Positions 31,480 through 41,987 of a stretch of DNA of 64,000 nucleotides are shown here, piece after piece (the stretch's first letter is position 1; each line of letters starts with the position of its first letter). Source of the DNA: Aetokthonos hydrillicola CCALA 1050 (GTDB lineage Bacteria > Cyanobacteriota > Cyanobacteriia > Cyanobacteriales > Nostocaceae); assembly GCF_017591665.1 (NCBI RefSeq), contig NZ_JAAKGC010000030.1, positions 19,483-83,482 of the forward strand. Direction: 5' to 3'. The notes under the pieces are model-generated. The model saw nothing but the letters and a program-made list of their open reading frames with translations, had not been told where the DNA came from and did no database searches. The translations under genes were made by a program, and so were the position numbers.

Positions 31480-33606
31480 TTGCTTATGCTTGCTGGCTTT
31501 AAAAAGATTTTGACACAACCTGCTATTATTGCTAGCGTAATTGTAAGTGGGTTGCTAATTGGGTTTCAAGAGTTGGGAGTGCTAGAGCCTCTAGAATTGC
31601 AGGCTTTCGACCAAATGATGCAAAGGCGTCCTGATTTAGGCAAAGATAACAGAATCCTAATTGTAGCATTTACTGAAAACGATATTCAAAAACTAAAACA
31701 GTCATCGCCAAATGGTGCCACTTTAGAAAAAGTATTAACTAAATTAGAGCGCTATCGACCAAAAGCAATCGGTTTAGACTTCTTCCGGGATGTTCCAGTA
31801 GAGCCTGGTCATCAGAAGCTATTAACACATATAAAGAAAAGTGAAACTATTATCCCTCTATGTAGAGTAGGAGGAGACAAGATTCCGGCGGTACCACCAC
31901 CAACAGGAATAGACCCTCAAATTGCAGGATTTGCTGATATTCCAGAAGATGGAGATGTCGTGATTCGCCGTAATCTACTAGTGGTATCCCCTGATCCAAA
32001 GTCAAGTTGTACAACCCCAGCTTCATTAGGATTCCAGCTGGCTTTAACTTATTTAAATACTCAGCCGCAATTCACACCAGATGGAAATCTAATATTAGGC
32101 AAAAAGCTTTTTAAGCCTCTAGAGAGTAACTCTGGTGGTTATCACAAAATAGATGCAAAGGGATTTCAAATTCTGTTGAACTACCGTTCTGAAAAAAACG
32201 TTGCTCAGGAAGTTAGTTTAACAGATGTGTTGAGCGATCGCGTCCCGTCAAATTTGGTAAAAAACCGCGTTGTCTTGATTGGTTCAACTGCCCCGAGTTC
32301 CCAGGATATTCGCAACACACCCTACAGCGATGGTCGAGTTGATAACTCTGGTAAAATGCCAGGAGTTATGATCCATGCCCAGATGGTGAGTCAAATTCTG
32401 GATGCAGTTTCAGACAAAAGACCTTTATTCTGGTTTTTTCCACAATGGGGGGAAATTCTTTGGATATGGTGCTGGACTCTAGTAGGTGGAATTATAGCGT
32501 CCCTTATTCAGCATCCTCTTCGTCTAGGGCTTAATATTGCGGGTGTTTTCACAGCATTGCTGTTGAGTAACTTTGTCTTCTTTCTTTATGCTGGATGGAT
32601 ACCAGTAGTATCTCCTGCTTTAGGTCTACTCTTAGGAGCAGGGGTTGTTCTTGCATACATAAGATACGATAATCAACGACAGAAAGAAAAAATAGCAGTT
32701 CAGATTAAAGAGCAAAACGAAACTATCTCGCTATTGCAACTCATGTTAAGAGAAGGCGGGAATTCTACAACAGAAGTACCAACAGCAATATTTGACGGCT
32801 CACAACCAGAAAAACTACTTAACAAACGCTATAAACTTGCCGAATTACTCGGCTCGGGAGGATTTAGTTACACCTATCGTGCAGAAGATACTTATCGTCC
32901 TGGAAACCCTGTATGTGTAGTTAAGCACTTACAACCAGCTCGTAAAGATGAAGGATTTTTGGAGGTTGCTAGGCGTCTGTTTAAAACCGAAGCAGAGATT
33001 TTACAGCTTTTGGGTGAGCATGATCAAATTCCATTATTGATGGCTTATTTTGAGGAAAATAAGCAATTTTATCTTGTTCAAGAGTATGTACCAGGACATT
33101 CTCTACAGGTAGAATTATCCACTGGTAAACCTTGTACTCAGCTTCACGTTATAGCTTTTCTTAAAGATGTTTTGTCAATATTGGCTTTTGTTCATAGTCA
33201 GGGTGTGATTCATCGAGATATCAAACCTAGTAACTTAATGCGACGGGCTACCGATCAACGCATCGTTTTAATAGACTTTGGCGCGGTCAAACAACTTCAG
33301 CCTCAGCAACAACAGGAAAGCCACACAGTAGCAGTCGGTACTGTCGGTTATTCACCTCCAGAACAATTTATGGGTCAGCCAAGACTCAACAGTGATATTT
33401 ATGCTTTAGGAATGGTTGCTATTCAAGCTTTAACAGCAACACCACCCACAGCAATACAACGAGACGAAACAACAGCAGCAATGTGGCGACATCTTGCAAA
33501 AGTTACAGATAAATTCGCTGCAATTTTAGACAAAATGGTGGCTTTTGATTTTCAAAAGCGTTACCAGACAGCAGAAGAGGTTTTACAAAGTTTAAATACG
33601 CTGTAA
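31480..33606 (+). CDS. CHASE2 sensor domain fused to a Ser/Thr protein kinase
   Basis: 708 aa. An N-terminal extracytoplasmic domain is followed by transmembrane helices. The kinase motifs are GSGGFSYTY, HRDIKPSNLM, DFG and GTVGYSPPE. Confidence 0.8.
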   Translation: MLMLAGFKKILTQPAIIASVIVSGLLIGFQELGVLEPLELQAFDQMMQRRPDLGKDNRILIVAFTENDIQKLKQSSPNGATLEKVLTKLERYRPKAIGLDFFRDVPVEPGHQKLLTHIKKSETIIPLCRVGGDKIPAVPPPTGIDPQIAGFADIPEDGDVVIRRNLLVVSPDPKSSCTTPASLGFQLALTYLNTQPQFTPDGNLILGKKLFKPLESNSGGYHKIDAKGFQILLNYRSEKNVAQEVSLTDVLSDRVPSNLVKNRVVLIGSTAPSSQDIRNTPYSDGRVDNSGKMPGVMIHAQMVSQILDAVSDKRPLFWFFPQWGEILWIWCWTLVGGIIASLIQHPLRLGLNIAGVFTALLLSNFVFFLYAGWIPVVSPALGLLLGAGVVLAYIRYDNQRQKEKIAVQIKEQNETISLLQLMLREGGNSTTEVPTAIFDGSQPEKLLNKRYKLAELLGSGGFSYTYRAEDTYRPGNPVCVVKHLQPARKDEGFLEVARRLFKTEAEILQLLGEHDQIPLLMAYFEENKQFYLVQEYVPGHSLQVELSTGKPCTQLHVIAFLKDVLSILAFVHSQGVIHRDIKPSNLMRRATDQRIVLIDFGAVKQLQPQQQQESHTVAVGTVGYSPPEQFMGQPRLNSDIYALGMVAIQALTATPPTAIQRDETTAAMWRHLAKVTDKFAAILDKMVAFDFQKRYQTAEEVLQSLNTL

Positions 33607-34005
33607 TGTCTGTGCGATCGCTTATTTTGAGATCTGGAGGGGAATTAAAGCCTAATATAAAAAGAAAAAGGGGAGCTTTTCGAGAAACGTTATTTTTAAG
33701 TAAAATTTGTGACCATCACAAAATGGATCCAGAGGCAATACTGCTCGGTTAAGCTAAAAACTCAAATTAAAGGTAGGTTGGGTTGAGGGACGAAACCCAA
33801 CATTTACAAGGACTTGTTGGGTAACACGAGTGTTCAAGCCAACCTTGGTATCTTAGAAAGAGTAGTATTGCTTCCAGAAGGAATTATTTAAGCTGCAGGC
33901 ATAGGATAAATTTTAAATCTTACGGTGCTTCGCGATCGCAGAAATTAGTTCTCCCTATCCTTGAAACTTTCATTATGGTTACACCTGTCAGAATATTTAG
34001 AAATC

Positions 34006-34176
34006 CTACATAGATTGTTTTAACTCTTCTGCTTCAGCATCGCTTAAAATACCTGCAAATTTTGCTAAAGGATGGATTGTGCGTGTCCTTTTAACTCTAT
34101 GTAAAAAATCCAGTACTGTTTGTACTATATCGTCAGGAGCTTGTTCAAGTTCTTGGATCAATTCTTCGCGATTTGT
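34006..34176 (-). CDS. Small orphan antitoxin-like protein of the same family as the VapB-like gene at 2535-2762
   Basis: MTNREELIQELEQAPDDIVQTVLDFL resembles MVIPELEQQLLNLS...IIQLL. There is no adjacent toxin. The ORF track extends it to 34257 at an upstream Met. Confidence 0.35.
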   Translation of the reverse strand, partial: TNREELIQELEQAPDDIVQTVLDFLHRVKRTRTIHPLAKFAGILSDAEAEELKQSM

Positions 34177-34356
34177 CATTTGGCTCTTTCTTCTTTTGCA
34201 ACCTAATATAGCTCCAGTATATCTCCTTCTGTTAGGGTTGACTTTTAAAGCTTTCATTACATATCCCGTTCGCGCAGCGTTAAGGGCGAACGGCGTTCGC
34301 CCCTACCTGAGACAGGAACATCTAGTATCAGGAATTACGAATTCCCGGCAGAGGTA

Positions 34357-36639
34357 CTAACCAAGAGAATGTGAATTCTCACTTACAGATGAGCTCCCAT
34401 TAGACTCTGCGTTAACAACCTGCTGTTGTGGTTGCATAGCTACTGTTGTTTCACCTTGCTTAGCAGTTTGATTCCACAAAATCATTGATAGCAGTCCATC
34501 AACCAACCCTTTTGTACTACCGTTGTTTCCACCAACTAGCACATCTGGAATCAGGCGAACACCTGAATCACCGATAATCTGCATCATCTGCATTGCAGTG
34601 TAACCTTGTGAACCCAATGCATCTACACCAGCACCATAGGCTTCTGCTTTTGCATTACCTGTAGCACGGATGGCTTCTGCTTCTGCATTACCTTTAAGGC
34701 GAACAGACTCAGCCTCACCAACAGCTCTTAACCGCATAGATTCAGCTTCCGCAGTTGCTCTTAAACGGATAGACTCAGCTTCACCCGTCATTTCTTTAAC
34801 TTTAGCATTTGCCTTCAGTTCAGCAATCTTCACTCCTTGTTCTGACTTCACTGTTTCTTGCTGAATATCTGCCTTGGCTTTCAGTTCAGCAATTTTGACC
34901 CCTTGCTCTGATTTCACCATGTCTTGCTGGATATCTGCCAAAGCTGTCTCTCTAACAAGTTGTTGGCGTTGTGTTTGCGCCATCTGCTGAACTTCAAAAG
35001 TTTTGCGTTGTTCTTCGGCAATTTTCCGATCTGTTTGGGTTTGCATTAGTGATGCTGGTGGCTCAATATCACCAATCAAGGTATCAATTGCCTGTACATC
35101 ATAAGCGCGCAATGCTGTTCTAATAAACTCAGCAGCTTCAACTTGCCGTTCGCTACGAGCACTGAGAAAATCTAATACTGTATAATCTTGCGCTGAGTTG
35201 CGGAAATAGTTGCCGATAGTTGGTTCTAGGACATGGTCTACTAAATTTTGCATTGAACCAACGCGAGAAATCACCTTCGGAGCATCTAAAGCACCTACAT
35301 GAATAATTTGCGCGACTTCTAAATCAAAAGCAAATCCATCTCTAGAACGTACAGTTAATGAAGCAAGTTTAGCATCATAACTATGACGTTCTGTGCGACC
35401 CGACCAATTCAAAACTATATTAGTCGTTGGAACAAGTTCAATCTTCATAATACGGGTGTTGATAGGGTGCTTACCTGGATACAACGGCTCAACCCATACC
35501 CCTTTATGTCCCGTATTCACTAAATTTCCATGAGTGAAGGATGCACCACTAATATCTTCATGTGCTTTACCAACGAAAGAAATCACTACACCGACATACC
35601 CAATGGGAATTTCAGTCATAGGAACTTGTTCAACTTGAACAAACCAAGGATTCAAGTTCCAAGAACCAGAAAGGAGAATCTGCTCTTGTAAGCCTCTTTG
35701 TCCACCACCATCAATAAATTTCTGCCCACTCTGAAAGTTATCGTGTCCCTTAATAATTGGCCCTGCAATTTCGCCACCAGGAATTGGCATACCATCTAGG
35801 GTTGTGACTATACCAACTTTATCAGAAGCAACGGTATACACCCGCAATTGTTCAGCAGTCATACCATGGGCGCTGGCATTTCCTGCCATGATGACTTTAA
35901 ATAGGGCAGTGTTAATGCGGTAAGTGCCAGCCGTCAAAAAACCCATCTGCCGACCTTTTTCCCCTCCTTGTGTCAGAAATTTGCGAGCATCCTGGAAATT
36001 ATCACAATTTACAATTTTGCCTAATATACGCTCTGGTGGGTTAGAAGCACCATCTGCTGCTACTAGTAGGGCAATTTCACCTTGAGGTACAACGACGACT
36101 GATTCTTTACGCACTGAGTACTGCCAAGGCCAATGTCCCCAATGCCAACCAGGAGCAAGGGTATCAGCCTGTAAGCCTGCTTCCCCATTCAGTGCGATCA
36201 ACCTTCCGGCGGGTAGTGAACGTCCGGAAACAGCAAACTTTTTAACGACAATACCAACTTCACGCTCGCCAATGACTACCAGTCCACCAAAAAACAAGGG
36301 AACAAAAATGACTAAACCACCGACGATAATTATACCTACGATTCCAAAAGGCTGACTCTGTGGGATTTGGGCAATTGTTACTGGTTTTATTTGATCAACT
36401 TGTACTGGTGCTATGGCGATTTCTTTTGCTGTAAGGGTTTGAGTAGAAGTCGCACTGGCAGAATGTACACCACCAGCGATCGCCTCTGGCGCAGCGCTTT
36501 GCGCGTTCGCTTCTAGCGCTGCGCTTTGCGCTATCGCCAAGGTAGCTAAGACAGATGCGGCAAAATTCAGTATTTTATGTGATTGGCACTTTGTAAAGAA
36601 ATTTTGAGAGCTTTTCATAAGGTTCGCCCAAAAGGGCAA
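34357..36639 (-). CDS. SPFH/band-7 (flotillin-like) protein with an N-terminal signal or anchor
   Basis: 760 aa with a C-terminal flotillin-type EA repeats (AEAESIRLRATAEAESMRLRAVGEAESVRLKGNAEAEAIRA) and a band-7 core. Confidence 0.75.
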   Translation of the reverse strand: MPFWANLMKSSQNFFTKCQSHKILNFAASVLATLAIAQSAALEANAQSAAPEAIAGGVHSASATSTQTLTAKEIAIAPVQVDQIKPVTIAQIPQSQPFGIVGIIIVGGLVIFVPLFFGGLVVIGEREVGIVVKKFAVSGRSLPAGRLIALNGEAGLQADTLAPGWHWGHWPWQYSVRKESVVVVPQGEIALLVAADGASNPPERILGKIVNCDNFQDARKFLTQGGEKGRQMGFLTAGTYRINTALFKVIMAGNASAHGMTAEQLRVYTVASDKVGIVTTLDGMPIPGGEIAGPIIKGHDNFQSGQKFIDGGGQRGLQEQILLSGSWNLNPWFVQVEQVPMTEIPIGYVGVVISFVGKAHEDISGASFTHGNLVNTGHKGVWVEPLYPGKHPINTRIMKIELVPTTNIVLNWSGRTERHSYDAKLASLTVRSRDGFAFDLEVAQIIHVGALDAPKVISRVGSMQNLVDHVLEPTIGNYFRNSAQDYTVLDFLSARSERQVEAAEFIRTALRAYDVQAIDTLIGDIEPPASLMQTQTDRKIAEEQRKTFEVQQMAQTQRQQLVRETALADIQQDMVKSEQGVKIAELKAKADIQQETVKSEQGVKIAELKANAKVKEMTGEAESIRLRATAEAESMRLRAVGEAESVRLKGNAEAEAIRATGNAKAEAYGAGVDALGSQGYTAMQMMQIIGDSGVRLIPDVLVGGNNGSTKGLVDGLLSMILWNQTAKQGETTVAMQPQQQVVNAESNGSSSVSENSHSLG

Positions 36640-36846
36640 TGATTATCTAATCTATAACTTCACCTAGAGTTCCCATAAATTCTTAAAGTCATCATAATTT
36701 TTTATCGTTTCTAATAAGACTTAAACAAAATTTAAGCCCAAGATGACAGCGTCAGACGTGCAATTAGCTATCAAATAATTGGTTAAAACGCGTAAACTTG
36801 CTTAAATCTCTGCTATACTAATTGCAGTTGAGTTAAGCAAGTTTTA

Positions 36847-37675
36847 ATGCAACATGTCACTCCCAAAGAAGCAGCAAAAATCCTTGGTGTCGTGGGAAAA
36901 ACCTGCTTAAAACGAGCAACCTTCCCCCATTAAAGGGTTGGGAAGTTCCACTTCTAGGTGTTGAAGGGCAAAACGCGCTGTTTTTAGGCTTTTATTGATA
37001 CTTCTTGTCATTAAGACAGCGCGTTTTGCCCAAGGTTGCTCGTTTTAAGTAGATAAATGCGTCGTCCACGTTTCCAGCCTTAGAAGATGGGAGAACGAAG
37101 GAAAGCTTAAAGCAATCCGCACACCAGGCAACCAAAGGCGATTCGTCCTCGAGGAAGTCGAGAAAGCGGCAGGAATGTCCCGGACAGTTACAACTGTTTG
37201 CTATGGACGAGTTTCGACTCATTCCCAATCAGATGATTTGCAACGACAACTTGAACACTTACGCCAACGATACCCAGAGGCGGAAATTATTTCAGAAGTT
37301 GGAAGCGGGCTCAATTTTAGGCGGAGAAAGTTCCTCTCAATTCTGGAACGAATCATCGACGGCGATATCCAACGTCTTGTCGTTGCCCATCCTGACCGAC
37401 TCGTCAGATTCGGATATGAACTGGTTAAGTGGCTATGCGAAAAATTTGAGTGTGAACTCTTGGTTCTCAATGACCGCAAACTCAGTCCAGAGCAAGAACT
37501 CGTACAAGATATGCTGTCCATCATCCACTGTTTCTCTAGTAGGCTCTACGGGCTTAGAAAATATAAGACAAAACTCAAAGAAGATTTACAAAAAGAAGTC
37601 GCGTCACTCGAAGAATGCGGGAACATCGACAAAGCTTCAGCCCAACAGTGTGCTGAAAATCAGGCTGTATCCTAG
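36847..37675 (+). pseudogene. tnpA: IS607 TnpA serine recombinase, split: the MerR-like HTH N-terminus (36847-36933) is out of frame with the HTH/catalytic remainder (37049-37675) because of a ~115-145 bp palindromic insert
   Basis: The first frame gives MQHVTPKEAAKILGVVGKTCLKRATFPH*. Downstream in the +1 frame, VDKCVVHVSSLRRWENEGKLKAIRTPGNQRRF...MSRTVTTVCYGRVSTHSQ has no start codon upstream. In between lie nested perfect inverted repeats (CTTAAAACGAGCAACC / GGTTGCTCGTTTTAAG and GGGCAAAACGCGCTGT / ACAGCGCGTTTTGCCC). Confidence 0.6.
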
Positions 37676-38816
37676 CAAGGAATTGCATCAAGTGTGGAAG
37701 TGTTGGTTAGCAGCGTACCGTTATTATTACAACGAAACAATTATTCTGTTGCGAATATTCGACGGTGTACAAAAAGTCAGTGCTGAACAACTGGATAAAT
37801 TATTGCAACAAATAGAAAATATTCCCGACTGGGTGAAAACAATTCCCGGTCACCAACGGCAAGAAGCTTGCTTTGAGGCTTACGACGCATTTAATAGAGC
37901 AAAGAAAGATGGAGGTGAGGCAAAGTTCAAATCGGTTAAAGCAGCAAGCCAAACTATCCAGTTCAAGGTCGGGAACTTCAAGAATGGTACTTGGTATTGC
38001 AACAAAACCAAGGGATTAAGGTTTACCGCGCTTGGTCAGTCTGTACCAAAAGAGTGTGAGTATGGCACAGAGCTTGTATACCGTCGTGGTAAATGGTTTG
38101 GTTGTTTTCCTCAACACAAGGAAGTTGCAACAACCGGGAGCGACAGGGTGATAGCCTTAGACCCTGGTAATCGCACTTTCTTAACTGGCTTTGATGGGGA
38201 AAACGTCTTAGAGATTGGAAAGGGAGATATCGGACGCATACAAAGATTGTGTCAGCACCTTGATAATCTAATAAGCCGTTCCACCAAAGGTAACTGCCGT
38301 AAGCGTAGAAAGATGCGCATTGCTGCTAACAGGGTAAGAGAAAGGGTACAAAATTTAATTAAGGATTTGCACAACAAAGTTGTTAACTTACTGGTTAATT
38401 CCTACAAGGTAGTATTTCTGCCAACGTTTGATTCTAGCCAAATGGTTATTAAAAAGCGCAGCGGGAAGAAACGCAGGATTAACAGTAAATCAGTACGTCA
38501 AATGCTGACACTTTCTCATTACCGGTTTGAGCAACATCTTAAGCAGGCTGCATTAAAAAAGGGTGTAATCATCGTCCTTTGCAACGAGTCTTACACCTCT
38601 AAAACATGCGGTAATTGTGGTCATGTTCACCACAAGCTAGGTGGAAATAAAATCTTTAAATGCCCACATTGCGGAATTAATGTTTCCCGTGATGTCAACG
38701 GCGCACGTAATATATTGTTACGTGCTTTGCAAGCAACTGCCTTTACCGTGACGCATGATTCTATTGTGCTTTCTGACAAGTCAGAATTGACGGATGCTGT
38801 AGTTAATCACGCTTAA
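37649..38816 (+). CDS. tnpB: TnpB (RuvC-like, OMEGA/Fanzor-Cas12 ancestor family) with a GTG start
   Basis: It begins VLKIRLYPSKELHQVWKCWLAAYRYYYNE and ends with the zinc finger CGNCGHVHHKLGGNKIFKCPHCGINVSRDVNGARNI. It overlaps the tnpA 3' end, as is typical for IS607. Confidence 0.85.
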
Positions 38817-38960
38817 GCGTTTTGATTAGCTTAAAAGTTGCACTAAGGATTACGTTCCACGGGAACACCACCAACGACAAAATAGAAACGAGATCTGTAC
38901 CTATTAGTTTTGCTGTGCAATCTTTTCTTGAAAACTGCTCGTCATCTAAGGTATATTTAT
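38700..38960 (+). ncRNA. Putative TnpB-associated omega RNA (reRNA) region at the tnpB 3' end and the right end of the IS
   Basis: Inferred only from the known organisation of TnpB loci, where the omega RNA overlaps the tnpB 3' end. Short stem-loops are visible (for example ttccacgggaa). The boundaries are not determined. Confidence 0.3.
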
Positions 38961-39006
38961 TTCCGGCATTGCCACAGGTTAGGGGGTATTTATCCCGACT
39001 CGGCAC

Positions 39007-40314
39007 ATGAGGAGTGTTAAACTATCAATGCTTGAGAGCTTCGTACAACGAATTGATAAACACCGAATAAAGTTGCATCTTGGCTGGCGTCTTCAAGTTT
39101 TCATCTTTATAACTGCTTTTGTAATTCTGATGAGCAGAAGACCAGATGCACTTTTGAATGCACAATTTTGGGCTGAAGATGGCAAGTATTGGTACGCTGA
39201 TGCTTACAACCTTGGGATTCATTCTCTCGTTTTGCCATCAAGTGGTTACTTCCAAACTATTTCTAGGCTGTTAGGTGCTGTCGTTCAATTTTTTCCACTG
39301 GTGTGGGCACCCTTCATTTTTAACCTAACCGCAATTGTTATTCAGATCTTGCCAGTTAATCTCATCGCCTCCTTACGCTTCTCGCAGTTGATACCAAGTC
39401 TTCATACGAGATTGTTTCTGGGACTTTTATATCTGGCTTTACCTAACTCTTATGAGATTCATGCCAACATCACTAATGCACATTGGCATCTAGCAATATT
39501 AGCCTGCATGGTTGTGCTAGCTACACCCAGTAGCCTTTTTATCTGGCAAGCTTTCGACGTCGGAGTTATTCTATTATCAGCATTAAGTGGACCTTTTGCG
39601 GTTTTGTTGATGCCTATCGCTACAGCCCTTTGGTGGTTACGTCGTAGAAAATGGTCATTTATTTTACTCTTATGTCTCAGTGCAGGTGCTGTAGTTCAAG
39701 GAATAACTATTTTACTATCTCAAAATTCTAACCGGTTTCAAACTTCCCTTGGGGCAACACCAGAACTATTTGCCAAAATCTTTGCGAGTCAAGTTGTCTT
39801 AGGTGCTTTACTTGGACAAAAAGGCAGTAAATTAATCACCTATTTTTCTTTTGGATACAGCACAATAGCAATCTTGCTGGCTGCCCTTGGAATTGCCATA
39901 TTCCTTTACTGCCTACTAAAAGGACCTTTAGAACTTCGGCTTTTCAGTATCTTTGCTATCGGAGTTTTTGGTATGTCGGTTTTGTCTCCAGTGGCAGGCG
40001 AGATGAATATTTCTCAGTGGTCGGTTCTATGGCGTCCTGGAACTGGTGTTCGGTATTGGTTTATACCTATGCTTGGATTTGTAACAATACTAACTTGGCT
40101 ATTGGGGGTAAAAAGACCACGTCAGCTACGTTTAACGGCTAAAATTGCGCTAGTTACTATGATTATTGGTATTATCTTAGACTGGAGATATCCAGTGTTT
40201 ACTGACTTAGACTTCAAAAACTATTCCAAGCAGTTTGTTGAAGCACCAACCGGAACTAGAGTAACAATTCCTATTAATCCACGGGGTTGGTCTATGGAAC
40301 TAATTAAGCGTTAA
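39007..40314 (+). CDS. Polytopic integral membrane protein (10 or more TM helices), possibly a GT-C-like glycosyltransferase or polymerase
   Basis: 435 aa, highly hydrophobic throughout. It lies in a cluster with methyltransferase, deacetylase and GT2 genes. Confidence 0.5.
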   Translation: MRSVKLSMLESFVQRIDKHRIKLHLGWRLQVFIFITAFVILMSRRPDALLNAQFWAEDGKYWYADAYNLGIHSLVLPSSGYFQTISRLLGAVVQFFPLVWAPFIFNLTAIVIQILPVNLIASLRFSQLIPSLHTRLFLGLLYLALPNSYEIHANITNAHWHLAILACMVVLATPSSLFIWQAFDVGVILLSALSGPFAVLLMPIATALWWLRRRKWSFILLLCLSAGAVVQGITILLSQNSNRFQTSLGATPELFAKIFASQVVLGALLGQKGSKLITYFSFGYSTIAILLAALGIAIFLYCLLKGPLELRLFSIFAIGVFGMSVLSPVAGEMNISQWSVLWRPGTGVRYWFIPMLGFVTILTWLLGVKRPRQLRLTAKIALVTMIIGIILDWRYPVFTDLDFKNYSKQFVEAPTGTRVTIPINPRGWSMELIKR

Positions 40315-40356
40315 GTTATAGCCACTCTCGTTCGCATACATCCAATTTTCATTACC

Positions 40357-41004
40357 ATGACTGACAATATTTATCGCAGCTTACCTAGATTGTATGACCG
40401 ACTGCCACTAAGTACTCAGCTTTTTGTCCGTATTCGCCTTTTTTTAAGCGATTTATACCAGTTAGAGACTTACGTGCCAAAAGAAGGTCGAATTCTTGAT
40501 ATTGGTTGTGGTCACGGTTTACTGAGTAATTTATTAGCTATTACCAGTCCACAGCGACAGGTACTTGGTATTGACATTGACGCTAAAAAAATTGCCCTCG
40601 CGCAACTTACTATAGGTACGCGAGGTAACATCCAATTTGAAATTGGTGATGCCGTTTGGCTACCTAATGGTTCTTTCCAAGCCATCACTATTGCGGATGT
40701 TATGTATCTCATCCCCCCTAAAACTCAACGTGCTATCCTAACAAGTATTGCTTCTGCCTTAGAACCAAACGGCGTATTAATTTGGAAAAGCCAGATTCAT
40801 CACCCCCGGTGGAAGTATGCTATTACCTATGCCCAAGAATTACTAATGACCAAGCTTGGTCTTACCCAAGGATCTGGTATATTTTTTATGGATTTAGAAG
40901 AGTCGCTCCAAACTATTCGTGATGCTGGGTTGGATCCAGTTGTCATACCTATACTTTCACGCCGTCCTTACAGTGATATTCTTTTCCTGGGTCGTAAACT
41001 ATAA
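40357..41004 (+). CDS. Class I SAM-dependent methyltransferase
   Basis: 215 aa with the ILDIGCGHGLLSNLL motif I. Confidence 0.8.
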   Translation: MTDNIYRSLPRLYDRLPLSTQLFVRIRLFLSDLYQLETYVPKEGRILDIGCGHGLLSNLLAITSPQRQVLGIDIDAKKIALAQLTIGTRGNIQFEIGDAVWLPNGSFQAITIADVMYLIPPKTQRAILTSIASALEPNGVLIWKSQIHHPRWKYAITYAQELLMTKLGLTQGSGIFFMDLEESLQTIRDAGLDPVVIPILSRRPYSDILFLGRKL

Positions 41005-41802
41005 CTACAGCACCAGATTTTTAAGCTGCATTGAGGTAAACTTTTCTGAGAATTTGGAAAAACAAATAAACTCTCCTTGACTTTTAAGCCATATTAAGTA
41101 TTTTTCTAGCCTGTTAATCATAGGTTTACCTGAATATTTATTAATATAATGTGGGAGTTTAAAACCTGTTATATCTGTAAATTCCCAAGGGTGAAAGTAA
41201 ATATTTAAATAATTATCGTGCTGAAGTGTTATTTTGGAATTTAATTTGATTAACCACAGAGGAAAGTTTTTAAAACTTAACCAAAACAAAGGAAATCGAA
41301 TGATTGGTGTTACTGAAACTGGGATATTAAGTAAATTGTGTGAGTAATATGCAGTTCTTGGTTGAAAGAAGTGATTATACCTTCCAGGAAGATAAGTCGG
41401 GTTGATGGAAGAATTGTATTCGTAACCTGCTTTCATTATTTCTTCTTCGTTGATCTGCTTCAATCGAGGCATTCTAAAGCCTATTATTTTATTACCAGTA
41501 AGTTCTTGCAAAAATAGCCGCGACTTTTTTAAGTCTTCTATACTAAATTCAGAGTGATAAAACCCATGAGAAGCGATTTCATGGGTTTTACTAACTTCCT
41601 GAATTACAGTTTGATTATGATCAGCAAAATTGGCTGTAACAAAAAAAGTTGCATGGATTTCTAACTTACCCAATAAAGAAAGAACAGCTTTTAACCCTTC
41701 TAAAGAAACCGCAAATTTAACAGCATTTTCAATTTTGTGTCCATATTCCTCTGGAATATCAAATTCTTCAATATCGAAGCTTAATAAAATGCTTTGATTC
41801 AT
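41005..41802 (-). CDS. Polysaccharide deacetylase (NodB-homology) family protein
   Basis: 265 aa. FDIEEFD, IHATFFV and ASHGFYH resemble the NodB Asp and His motifs. Confidence 0.6.
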   Translation of the reverse strand: MNQSILLSFDIEEFDIPEEYGHKIENAVKFAVSLEGLKAVLSLLGKLEIHATFFVTANFADHNQTVIQEVSKTHEIASHGFYHSEFSIEDLKKSRLFLQELTGNKIIGFRMPRLKQINEEEIMKAGYEYNSSINPTYLPGRYNHFFQPRTAYYSHNLLNIPVSVTPIIRFPLFWLSFKNFPLWLIKLNSKITLQHDNYLNIYFHPWEFTDITGFKLPHYINKYSGKPMINRLEKYLIWLKSQGEFICFSKFSEKFTSMQLKNLVL

Positions 41803-41987
41803 ACATTAATATCCCTAAATGATTATTGAACAATTTCGACTGTAAGGAGTATCGAGCTTTGCGTAACGAATAACTAATACTAGTGCGGAAGTATCTATTC
41901 TGGTTTAGGTAAACAGGGACTACTAATAGGAATTCTATAGTAGCCCTAAATCATTGGGAAAAATTAACCTAAACAACCATTCGAGAG

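Larger units (their letters stand above)
36840..38960 (+). mobile_element. IS607-family insertion sequence carrying tnpA (interrupted) and tnpB
   Basis: A serine-recombinase TnpA with a MerR-like HTH is followed by an overlapping TnpB with a C-terminal zinc finger. The exact ends were not determined. Confidence 0.65.
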
